A stretch of 53,979 bases of DNA, the filler included, from Sphacelaria rigidula (taxonomy: Eukaryota), in NCBI GenBank assembly GCA_964200075.2. It is 3 parts of 3 records of this genome, joined end to end, with 100 filler letters (N's around TTAATTAATTAA, not from the genome) between each part and the next. Parts side by side here need not be neighbours in the genome. Positions count along the whole stretch, not along the records: positions 1 to 17,933 come from CAXNAA020000961.1; positions 18,034 to 35,964 come from CAXNAA020000962.1; 1 more part is not named here. One strand, written 5' to 3'. Each line of letters starts with the position of its first letter. The first letter of the stretch is position 1. The notes below the pieces were generated by a model, which worked only from the letters and a program-made list of their open reading frames with translations, was not told the DNA's origin and made no database searches. Below, in pieces: positions 13,790-24,328 of the stretch. Both the position numbers and the translations under genes were made by a program.

Positions 13790-16692
13790 GGCCGATACTC
13801 TTTCGTTACATACGAGTACCGCGCATTTGTTGACATTCGCTGTTACTCTCCATGTCCTAGTGTATTCTAGCGCCTCGTCTATTTATTTTTGCAAGCTTTC
13901 TGCTGTTCTTGAAATCCCCACAAAATCATCTGCGAACATGAAACCTGATATCACATCTTCACCCACCTTGACTCCCTGATTTGCTGCTTCCGTAGCTAAT
14001 ATCAGGTTATTAATGAATACCTTGAACAAAGTGGGCGATGCCGTACGTCCTTGTGCAACTCTTTGTAAAACATCAAAATGTTCCGACATTTCCCCGTCTA
14101 GCATCATGGCACTTTTGGCACATTCTGTCATCTTCTTCACCATTCTCCACATATTTCCCCTGATCCCAGCTTCCCACAAGTTTTCCCACAGTCCGTTTCT
14201 CCATACTGTGTCATGAGCCTTTTGCACGTCCAGCAAGGAACAGTACGTTGTCAGCCCGGCGTCTTTCCTGCCTTGATTAATCTTGCCTAGTGTGTACACA
14301 TGGTCTACGCATCTACGGTTTGGTCTAAAACCTGCTTGTCCCTCGCTGATTTTTTCGTCCTTTTCAAGCATTGTTCCTACTCTATCGTTCATAATCTTAC
14401 AGAACATTTTCCCTACCGTGCTCAGTAGCGTTGTCCCTCCATACTTTCCTGGGTCAGCCTTGTCTCAATTTTAGAAAAGGTTGACGACTACTCCTGCTCT
14501 CCACCTCTTGGGTGTGTACTCGTTTTCTCACATCCAATTCTACCGCATAACCATCACGGTGATCATTCCTTCTCCCCCGTACTCGAGAAATCCATTCACT
14601 ATTCCGTCTGCCCCTGCTGCATTTCTGTTCTTGAGTTTAGCTACGCACTCCTTTACTTCATCCATGGTAAATTCTTTCTGCAATTCTGTCGAGCCACTAT
14701 CCTATCGTTTCGACGTCTCTACATGTGCTTCTGCCCATTCGTTAATCTCGTTTTTGAATTCCGTGTCGACCTTCGCGTTAGTTTCTGGTGTTCCTAGTTT
14801 TCGGTAGTGCTCGACCAGCACTTATGTCTTCCCCTTCGAACTACTGTCCATTTTACCGTTCTGTGCCCGTAGTGTGGCTACCCCGTTGTCTACCTTCCTT
14901 GTCTGGTTTCCCATGATCCCTTTTATTCCTAAGCACATTTGTCTCGTCCCGCCATCGAAATCTTCAATTGTTTTATTCACTACACCTTCCCATACTTCCT
15001 TTTTTTTCTTCTGTACCATATTTTTTACTTCCTTTCGAGCTGAAGTATACCCCCCCCATCCTACCGTACTTTTGCTCGACACCCATCTCCCGTGGGCCTC
15101 TCCCCGTACTCTTGTACTATAGCCGCTTTCACTTCCTCATCCCATCATCACTGCTCTGTTGCATACGATCAGTTTTTTATTCATGACCCTTCGCTGTGTT
15201 CTTGACCAGCTGCTCCCATCCTTCTTCAAATGTCGCTCCTGCCCGATTTCTTTCCATTCCGGTATCAACTGTACCTACGCGTCCCAACAGTTCGGAAAAT
15301 TCCACTGCATTTTTAGCCATCTCTTCTTGGAACCCTTGCCTTTTTTCATCCATATCTACTTTATCGATTCTCTATTTGTACAGCTTCCTACCCCGCCTAT
15401 TTCTTTTAGCTCTCGTCTATTGGCTTTCTGCTCATATTAGGCAGTGATCTGTGGTCCCCACGTCCTCCGCGCATATTGGCACTTCCATTTCTTTACTGTT
15501 CCCATGCTCCACCACTATATAGTCAAGGACGGAGAGTTCTCTCTTTTTCCCTTTGCATTCCCTCGTCCATGTCCGTTGCGCCTCTGGCTTTTGTGCTCTA
15601 TGGTTCAGCGTCTTCATTTCGTTATGCTCAAGGAACTCGAGCATTTCTACCCCATTCGCGTTCTTCTTATCTTACTCGTATTGCCTAATGGTATCATCCG
15701 GTTGACCTGTTCTTCCTACCCTTGCATTAAAATCTCCCATTGACATTACTTCTCCTTGCCTTTTATACCTATGTACATCTGCTGCTATCTCTCCAAACCA
15801 ACGCTTTATATCGTCCACCCTACTCTTCGAATCTGGGGGCATATAGATGTCCCCTACGAAGAAATCCTCCTTTCCCAGTTCTCCTGGTACCCTTAGCCAA
15901 ATGCTCTCGTCGAATTCCGTGTCATCGATGACTTCGATAATGTTACACAGGTTTTCCTTGACTAAGAATCCTACTCCCCCGCTCCCCTGCTCTGGGGCTT
16001 CTGTCCCTTCCGCTTTTTTCCTATCCATGCGTACTCTTCAACATTGCATCCTATTTCTACTCCCTCTTTTCCTCATGACTGTTGGACTCCTTCTACATCT
16101 AGGTCGTATTTACTCACTTGTTGCGCTATTTCTCCTCGTTTGCGCTTGTCTGTGGCGAATCCACACACGTTCCACGTTCCTATTCTCAACTTCCTTTCCG
16201 AATCATTATCTGCTCTCTTGTTGTCTCCTATCCTCTTTCCGTGTCTCTTACTTCTACTTTCGCTTGCTTGATTGTTCTGCCCCTTGCCGGTTTGGTCTTT
16301 GTCTAGTTGCTTCGGGCCGCTATGTCTCCTCTCCTTCCCCTTCCGGGCACGTACCTGTTCCTGCCTCTCTTTCCCTCCGTTTGCACGTGCACTACGCCTT
16401 AGGTTTGTTATCCCGTTAGCAATGCATACTCTCCATCCTACCCTTCTGACCCATGCCGATATCGCACTTATTTCTATCCTTTCCCACTACTTGCTCGCGC
16501 TCTGTTTTAGTGTGACTCGGAAGTGTTCTCCTTCCCTTTCTACTTTTCCCCTTGCCAAACAGTATAATCCAACTTCATCGCATTTCTTTTTGAACTCTAT
16601 TCTCGTCATGTCGCTACGTACTCCGAATACTAGCACTACCAGTACCTTACCCGACCACTCTTTACTCCTCCATCCGCCCTTCCTTACCGTCT
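13790..16692 (-). mobile_element. Second decayed LINE of the same family, 3'-truncated after the RT core
   Basis: Minus ORFs with GDFNAR, SVLDYIVVE, TTDHCLI, EGQAGFR, LDVQKAHDTVWR and FMFADD. Colinear with ~9600-12490. Confidence 0.92.
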
Positions 16693-17027
16693 GTAGCCTT
16701 TGCCAGACGATCTGCACAAGAGGACTTTCAACGAGGGACTCCTCCAGGATCCCTGACCTCGTGCTCGGAAAGTCCTTTCTTCTCACTTGTTATTATCATG
16801 GAGTGATCTTCAACAGACCACATCACAAGCCAGCAGCAAGGGGCCACACAGATAAGGGCCATCAATCCAGGACCCCCCATCCCCTGCCACTGCTCCGATC
16901 ATGCATGCGGTTATACTCAAACCTGCGGCTTGGTATCATTTGGCCACAGCACCCTCAAAGCGAGTTCAAGACAAACGAACGACGCTTGACAACCGACAAA
17001 AACCAGGGCAAAATCGCATGCGCCAGA

Positions 17028-17740
17028 TCATGAAGAAACACTATAGTCCGAGGCTAATTTACTCGCCAGCGCCCGAGTCAACAGCATTTTACGCAGTTCC
17101 TTCAAAACAAATTCAGGCGTAGAAGGATGAATCTTGCGAAGAGACTCCCACGTGCTTTCTTCAGCACCGAACCCCTCCCAATCAACCAAGACAATGACAT
17201 TACCATTGTCATCCTCAGCGACGTGCACCAAAGCACTCATCCGACAGTCACCTTGAGCATACGAATGCTGAAATACGTATTTAAGTTCCGCAGTGATGTG
17301 CAACTGCGAGTCAGCATAGAAACGCAAACGAGCGACATGGGTCGAGTGCACGGGGCCAAAAAAAATATTGTGCACCGAATACACGTGAGCGTGATCGGCT
17401 CCGACCCCTCGTCGCGGACCTGTCGACGTGGAGATCAACTTTGGCGTCAAACCTTGCCTACCAACACGGGCATACAATGCGAAATCGCCAACTGCAAACT
17501 TGGGCAACACAGCCTGGCCCTGAGCAAGCTTGCGTTTGGTTTCGCGAGACACCGCCACAGCAACTCGCACTTCGTTACAAAACCGCACTTGCTCGCCAAC
17601 CACGCCTCGAACCTTGCCACTAAACGAATCAGCATCCATGACATCGACGTTCCACTCGCCGCCAGTGACAGAAGCCAGCGCGGAAAACGCTGTACGTGGC
17701 ATACGCCCAAACATCACACAATACGAAGTGTTACGGCAGC
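17028..17740 (-). mobile_element. Ty3/gypsy LTR retrotransposon pol 3' fragment (integrase C-terminus plus chromodomain)
   Basis: MFGRMPRT, FAVGDFALYARV, PKL…TGP, HVARLRFYAD, then chromodomain-like VLVDWEGFGAEESTWESL before the stop at 17028. 16700-16950 may be LTR remnant. Confidence 0.85.
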
Positions 17741-17834
17741 GTTGACGAAAAGAAGTATTAACCCTTTTGGACCCCATTGACGATTTTTGTTTGTGTAAAT
17801 CGGCATCATTATCAGTCATTTTCGAGGAAAATGA

Positions 17835-17933
17835 TGCCGATTCACGACACTTTCTTCGATAGCCCCCACCCCAAAACCAGCTCAAAGTGTCACGGAAAAA
17901 ATGGCCAAACAGCGCCTGATGTTCGGGTTCAGG
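17835..17933 (-). repeat. Dispersed repeat, also at 25580-25680 (+) and ~25450-25500 (-)
   Basis: Shared cctgaacc…aacatcagg…ggccattttt…gctggttttgggg…ggctatcg.aa…gtgtcgtga. Confidence 0.7.
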
Positions 17934-18033
17934 NNNNNNNNNNNNNNNNNNNNNNNNNNNNNNNNNNNNNNNNNNNNTTAATTAATTAANNNNNNNNNNN
18001 NNNNNNNNNNNNNNNNNNNNNNNNNNNNNNNNN
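17934..18033. other. Artificial scaffold linker
   Basis: 44 N + TTAATTAATTAA (stop in six frames) + 44 N. Confidence 0.97.
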
Positions 18034-18087
18034 AAAGGGAGCCGTGGTCAATGGTCAAACGACTAAGGCAAGCAACAAATGAGTACG
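18034..18087 (+). mobile_element. LINE 3' terminus followed by C11
   Basis: Matches 13636-13688 (gtggtcaatggtcaaacgactaaggcaagcaacaaatgagtacg). Confidence 0.85.
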
Positions 18088-19003
18088 CCCCCCCCCCCGA
18101 TACTGTAGCATGTATAATACCACTCCATTGTACTTCTTACAAACCAGGAAACTCGTCCGGGTTGATAAAGTTTGCGAGCATTCGAAGCCTTGGGACTTCA
18201 TTTTTCCTGCTCCCTCTGTTTTCGACCAAAGACGTTCGCCACCTTCACGGTCCACCAACAGATGAGTCTTCTAGGTGCGTCTTGGTCTGTATATGTCTGT
18301 GAATCACCCTCTGTAGGCTAGACCTTTCACCCCCGTTAAGTCGACAACTGCTGACTTCGGCAACCTCATTTCCTATTGTTTAGATGGGGTCTGCACCAGG
18401 AAGACAAATGAGGTACTTGGGCCGCTGTTTGTGGGTATGGAAAATTGAATGCCTGAAATTGCATGTTTTAGCTTTTCGGCGTCAGACAGATTGCGACATA
18501 TCAGAGAGGCTTGCCGCACTCTTTGAGATGAATTTGATGCCTTTTTTCAATCTTATGTACACTCAGGTTGACTTTTGACCGGACTAGCGACTTCGCATAA
18601 AAATTCAAGAAACATGATACTCTTGCATGTATCTTGGCAAAGCTCATAAAGCATGAGATAATTCTTCGGTTTGTATGAGAAAATGCTAGTTGGCGAATTG
18701 TCAACTTGGGCGTAAGAAAGATAGAGAACGCGCGTTCGAAACTTCTCAGAAAAATAGGAAGTATTTCAGAGGTAGCGCAATAAGCTTAGCTCTCGTTTGA
18801 GACAGTGATTGGCGCCGAAACGCCAATGTCAGCCTTTTTCAGAGAAAAAAAATCCACATGGTAGCATGAGAGGCACCCATAAAATAAAAAATGGAACCTC
18901 CAATGAGGTACTCATTCTCGGACCCACTTTTCAAGGTTGTCTCTCTGACCCGCGGCACCCGGGGACATGGGGGAATGCGATCTTATATCGTAGTCCACTT
19001 CTA

Positions 19004-19422
19004 TTGAACACGAGATTTTACCATTTGCAGATTGACTTCTTTTTTAGGATGAGCCTTGAGAACCCTCATGAGCATCGAAATATTTTCGGAAATAGAGTGC
19101 AAATATACTCCCCAGTCGTGATGCGTGGCCTCGCTCATGCTCAAAAGGATCCATCCGCAATTTGTATAATCCCATGATAAGACCGAACCACTTCGATTTT
19201 CGATCATTTCCCTTTGAAATACTGCTCGTATTTGTCAGCATCCCTTGTTGACACAGGATTTTACAAATTGCGGGTGGATTTGTGTTTGAGGATGAGCGAG
19301 ACCACACCTCATGGCCGGAGAGTTCTTTGCATTTTTCTCGAAACAATTCCGATGGTTATGAATGTTCCCAAGGCTCCTCCTCAAAACAAATCCATCCAGG
19401 ATTTGTGAAATCCGTATTCAAC
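19004..19422. repeat. Imperfect inverted repeat (two ~175-bp arms, ~70-bp spacer), MITE-like
   Basis: 19004-19178 aligns with the reverse complement of 19247-19422. Confidence 0.75.
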
Positions 19423-20492
19423 GACCGTGTTTGTTCTCCACGAGAGCCACAAAATTCACTATTTCCCATTCCATCATTTCTTATACGCGGACAACATCTG
19501 AGAAATATTGTTTTGAGGGAATTGCTTATATATCTTGATTTCTGATACTCAAATTCTCACTAGCTGATTTCTCATCAGCGAGGCGATTTCTCATCAGCGA
19601 GTCGGTACTGTACAGATCTAGCAGCATGTTGCACTTCCGAATTATGAAATGGGGTCCTACGTGTACTACATTCGCGTACTATACGATTGGTATCACAGTG
19701 TACTACTACATTACTGGTACTGGTCAGTACTGTACTGACGACATCATGTCAGATCATTTGCTGTTGTATTACCGTACCGACCGTACATGTAGAGTAAAGT
19801 ACAGCGTAGTACAGTACAGCGGAGTGCGATAATCCCACCCATGTCCACATACAGCATGCAGATCTGGATCGAAAAAGGTGGGCCCCAACAACAACTTCTA
19901 CCGTCAGACGAGTGAATTCTCAGTCATGCCGGATGACCAATTCTTGTAGGTTACCTTGCAGCTCTGCTTATGTGGTCTCAGACGGTAACCGAAGTCATGA
20001 AAAATAATCATGTGAAGATTTACGGGCTGCCGTACTGATTTCATTCATGATCACATCTCGCCGGGCATGTACCGGTGGGGAGACGGACGTATCCCTTCAT
20101 TAAGCGGACGAACCCCGAGTAATGAGGGGAGTTGGAAGTTTGAGATGAAAATCACGAAATTCCGGGATAAGTTGCTGAAATACAAACGTTATTTGGTATT
20201 CATGAAATGTGTCCGTAGCTCCCTATAATCTAGAAGGGATATCATAGTATGCTCCACTACATGGATCTTATTTCAAGATTAATCTGTGATGCAAAATACA
20301 CAGAAAAGTCGGCCTTTTTTCATTTCGAGGGGTTTTTGGTAAGTTTAAGATCTCTGGGATTTTCACACTTCGAGTATTGTGAGCCAGATTGTTGAGGTGT
20401 GGGGCCTCACGTGTGGTCGCTTTCCCATGGCAGGCGTGCCATAGGCTTTCCATACGTGCTAGTTACGATTCCTGCGTATTAGGTCGCTTCTA

Positions 20493-20969
20493 CTAGTCAG
20501 AAAACGGCCTCTCTGATAACTGCCTTCTTTGAGCTCTTTATCTTGGATTTTCGCGGAATACGGGCCTTGGCGGGTTGGACCTCCTCGAAATATTTTCTAT
20601 TGTGGCCAAGAGGATTCTACAGTAGCGCTTTCCCGATTTTTCGCACGCCCGGTTTTACTTTTGGCAGGATTTCCGATTTTTTCAGTCGCCCCCAAAATCT
20701 TCGAGTTGTCGGGAAAAACACGAGTTGTCGGGGAAAACACGTGTTTTTCCAAAAAAGATTTTCGGGGTGACTGAAAAAATCGGGAATCTCACCAAATGCA
20801 TAACTGGGCTCACGAAAGATCGGGAAAGTGCGCGAAGTAGAATTCTCTTGGTCGGAAAGTATCGCAAATCTTTCAGAAGAAGCCCAATCCGCCACGGCCT
20901 GTATTCCGCCAAAAACCCACGACGAGAGGCTCAAAAACTGCAGTTCTCGGAGAGTTCGTTTTCTGGCTG
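20493..20969. mobile_element. Palindromic foldback MITE (~475 bp)
   Basis: Arms agtcagaaaacg… / …cgttttctggct are symmetric about aaaacacgtgtttt (~20734-20747). TA lies next to both ends. Confidence 0.8.
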
Positions 20970-21432
20970 TAAGAAATGGTATGATAGCATGTGGTGCACT
21001 TGAACAGACTGAGTTTCAAGATAGATACTGACCAAGAAGAACCGTCACTCAATTTCTTTGTTTTCGGTTGATCGCATGGGGTGACTATTAATGATACGTA
21101 TGGCCCGCCAGGTAATGATCGGGGAACAGTTACTCATCATGAGATTCTCGACGAGCCCATATTACCGTACTATCGTTATGATCGCTGTCCGTGCCGGGAA
21201 GGCGTATCAAATACAATATCTGATTGTATCGTTTTGGCATTTTGTTTCATCAAGTGTTGTAGGGACAAGGAGCCACCATGTCGCGAAAAGAATGTTTGCG
21301 TCGGAAAGACCGGGGATTGTATACCTTCACGAGAGCTTTCATTCGATAGGAGCTCCGACGTCAGACGTGTCACATGGACATAATGACCAAAATGTGCTTC
21401 ACGATCTTTTCACTTTCTGCTGCATACATTAC

Positions 21433-21762
21433 CTGAGCCATCACATCCTCCTGCATGGTATCCCTGCCGCGCGTGCCGCTGTGGTTGCCAGCCGTGTAAG
21501 ACCGAGCCGTCAATTTTGACGTTCCGAAAGAATGCTCGCCACCCGAGCTTTGGTAACCACCATCATCTGAACCGTCGCCAGCGCCGCTCTTTTTCTTACC
21601 TTTTTTTTTCTTTTTCTTGCCACCATCACCGCCCTCATCTTTTTTCTTCTGCTGATTTTTCCGATCGTTTGCATCAGTTGAGTTAATATTTGCTACCACC
21701 GCCCCACGTGCTTGCTTTTCGCGACGGCGTGGCTCTGCGAGGGTGTTGCCCCCACTGGCCAT
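21433..21762 (-). CDS. Probable first exon of an uncharacterised protein with Lys/Gly/Ser-rich disordered N-terminus
   Basis: gccgtgATGG start at 21762, 110 open codons (MASGGNTLAEPRRREK…GKKKKKKGKKKSG…MQEDVMAQ), donor CAG|gtaatg. Downstream exons not identified. Confidence 0.65.
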
Positions 21763-22371
21763 CACGGCGAGTCAACGCGATATTTTATCTCGTCATGTAT
21801 ACTCGAGATCATTCTACACGTCACAGGCAAATTCCATCAGAACCAACCGTGCCGACCAGCTGCTGAGATTCTTAGACAGGATCGAACGCCGCTCGACTCT
21901 CAGGAATGGAAGTAAACTACATGAAGTCTACCTCCTCTCCAGCTGGCTGTGCGTGCGGTTCTTCTGCGTGAATGTTGTGCCTTGTGTCGGTCGCGTGAGG
22001 AACCAGCCTTCGGTTGAAATCGCTCCTGTCGTGTATATTCAAGTGCAGCACTGCTGTATTTATGTACTCTCATTATAACACCATATATGCGATGGTTCTT
22101 ATCAAGACTACGAGTGCTCCCTCTTCCTCTTCTTTGATTTCATGAGCTTCGTACGGATGATACATTTGCGGATTTTTCCTTGGCGTGTATATTAACGCTG
22201 CGCAGCGAAGGCTAAAGTCAGAAAGTCATGCAGCGGAACAGGCAGCGATTGCGCCGCTTCGAATGGAGCGCGGGGGAAAACACACCGTTTCATGTATCCT
22301 TCCTTGGCTGTGTGGATGTCTCAATTGCACTTTTTCGCTGCACCAGCGCAAGGAGGGTCGGAAAAGTGTCC

Positions 22372-22380
22372 ATGAAGACG
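22372..22380 (+). CDS. Putative start micro-exon (MKT) of the plus-strand coiled-coil gene
   Basis: ATGAAGACG|gtgaga, phase 0, in frame with exon 22720. Confidence 0.4.
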
Positions 22381-22719
22381 GTGAGAGGGATGAGTGCTGT
22401 GCGTGCTGAGGATCTAGGGAAGATATGGCAGTGTTAGCTCTGGTGTACACCTTCTTTGGGTGCCAAAAACTTGACATGATACGTTGTTCCGTATACCATA
22501 CGCCCAGGTAACTGTAGTGAAAGCTGTCACTTGTGCGCGCAAGCGAAATACATGATCCGTGTGTGGTATCCCGCAAGGGTTTTACCACAAGGCAGAGGGT
22601 ACGCCCCCTGCTCAGACAGAACATACCGCCCATCGACTCCTCGGTAATATACGACACCATATGTGCAAGAATTAAACTGTACCACGTTGCTGCCTTTTTG
22701 CGTTTGTACCATGTTGCAG

Positions 22720-22844
22720 CCTCAGGTGACAGATAGTGTGGATGTACTTGACGTCGAGCTGGGAGAGGAGATTCTTAGCGGGGAGCCGAATGTGACCAAC
22801 TTGTGGTCCGTTCAAACTGTTGAAGAAGCCATTGCAAAGTTCGG
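22720..22844 (+). CDS. Putative exon PQVTDSVDVLDVELGEEILSGEPNVTNLWSVQTVEEAIAKFG
   Basis: Acceptor ttgcag|, donor GG|gtgagc, open frame. Ends in phase 2, so one unlocated exon is needed to join 30217 (phase 1). Confidence 0.6.
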
Positions 22845-23359
22845 GTGAGCAAGGATGATGCCGCTTATTACGAGAGCTGATACCACTGCTCCCAGGCCCG
22901 ATGACGAAATCTCTAGCCTTGATGTTCCCAAAGATACCGACGTTGGTGACGCCGAAACTATGCCGTTCGGAAGATACTGTATATGGTCGAGATCCATGTG
23001 TTCAGCTCTTTTGTCAAGTAGTGCAAGGTGCTTCATCTTCGAAAACTCGAAGGTGAGAGGATCTATTTCGTGTACTGTACACATCGAGTATCACACGATG
23101 TTGATTGCAAGGTTCAACGATGTGCTTATGACGTCACCGCATATATCTAGTACTCGTAAGCAGTGCTTCAATACATTATTCGCAAGGTGTGAGACTGAAA
23201 CTGGCCCGTGCATACTGACGAAAGGAGATCATGACCAGGTGATCCATGATGACAATTTGATGTGAAAAGACGAAGACTAGAAGGAGAAAAATCACGATGG
23301 TCCCACGATTAAAGAGACCTACATACCACATGCGCACGTATGGGTCTTTCAACCATAGA

Positions 23360-23722
23360 TGTGTGTGTGTGTTGTCATCCCATCTATTCTGGACGCCAGT
23401 CTACACCTTTCGGTATATGTGGGCGCACTCACTGGGGTCACATGGGAGGAAGGCCTACACAGGAGCTTCACTTCTTTTTATTTTCAGTACTCCACCTTCC
23501 TTCTGCGGTACTTGCCTTATTTTTTTCGTCGCGAGAGGGGCTCAGCAGTCCCTTCCCTCGTCGACCGTGAAGTCGAATCTGGCGTACCCACGACATGGTC
23601 GCTCTCCACTGTTGGGCGTTGTGTGAGAAGAACTCCCAGATCGTGTGACTCAACCGAGATTCGAACCCACGACCCAACCGTCAGAAGTTTTCAAGGTCAC
23701 CAACTGAGCCACCGATACGACC
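23360..23722 (-). mobile_element. tRNA-derived SINE, full length (~360 bp)
   Basis: Minus strand: A box TGGCTCAGTTGG (~23700-23711), B box GGTTCGAATC (~23658-23667), (CA)n tail at 23360-23372. Confidence 0.88.
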
Positions 23723-24280
23723 GGCGATGCTAGGACTCCAAATTGCCATCGTTTTTACAAAGTAGGGGAAGAGGCGTTGTCACCAGCGCCTCGCGTGGAC
23801 AAGGAAAAATACACTGTTCTACGTGCTGTCTGAGACAACATTTTTCATCATCCTTGCGTCCGACGGAACAGATATTTATAGCCTTATGTAAGGTTGTTCC
23901 AGCGAACAACCATGACCGTATCTCAGTAAAACGATGGAGGTCAAGGGCGCGGCGGGGATGGTGCTATAATTCCCCCCCCCCACACCTCTGTCGTTGAGCG
24001 ACTCGTACGCTCACTTGTGCATCTACCTTCGTGCTACAGACCGAACAGAGGAATCATCCTATGATGGGGGGGGGGGGGGGGGGTATTTTGGGCTGCTTCT
24101 TGCACGAAATTCTAAGGTAAATCGTCGTTAAAAGCAACAACGGTTGTTCGAACGAGCTCATTCGTACTGCTTGGCGTCATTTTTTGCCAAACACAAGCGA
24201 ACCGCGAGTGTGGCAGATCGTCTGACACACCTATGAGCCTCTTCTTTCGTGCAATCAAATACCAGCCCCCCCCCCTATCG

Positions 24281-24328
24281 GTCGAGGTCAATGGTCTCAT
24301 GGCTATAGCATACATGATCATGAGTACA
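24281..24328 (+). mobile_element. 48-nt 5'-truncated LINE-family insertion with 14-bp target-site duplication
   Basis: ggtcaatggtc…tgagtaca resembles the LINE 3' end. Flanked by C10-TATCG (24266-24280) and C9-TATCG (24329-24342). Confidence 0.75.

Noticed and set aside
16272-17780. Long plus-strand ORFs (253 aa, 217 aa)
   Set aside because: Antisense shadows of the LINE and gypsy sequences.
17978-17989. TTAATTAATTAA as a biological motif or piggyBac target
   Set aside because: Centred in N runs and identical at 36009-36020; synthetic linker.
23640-23722. tRNA gene (also ~930-1005)
   Set aside because: A/B boxes belong to a SINE head attached to a repeated body and (CA)n tail; no convincing cloverleaf.
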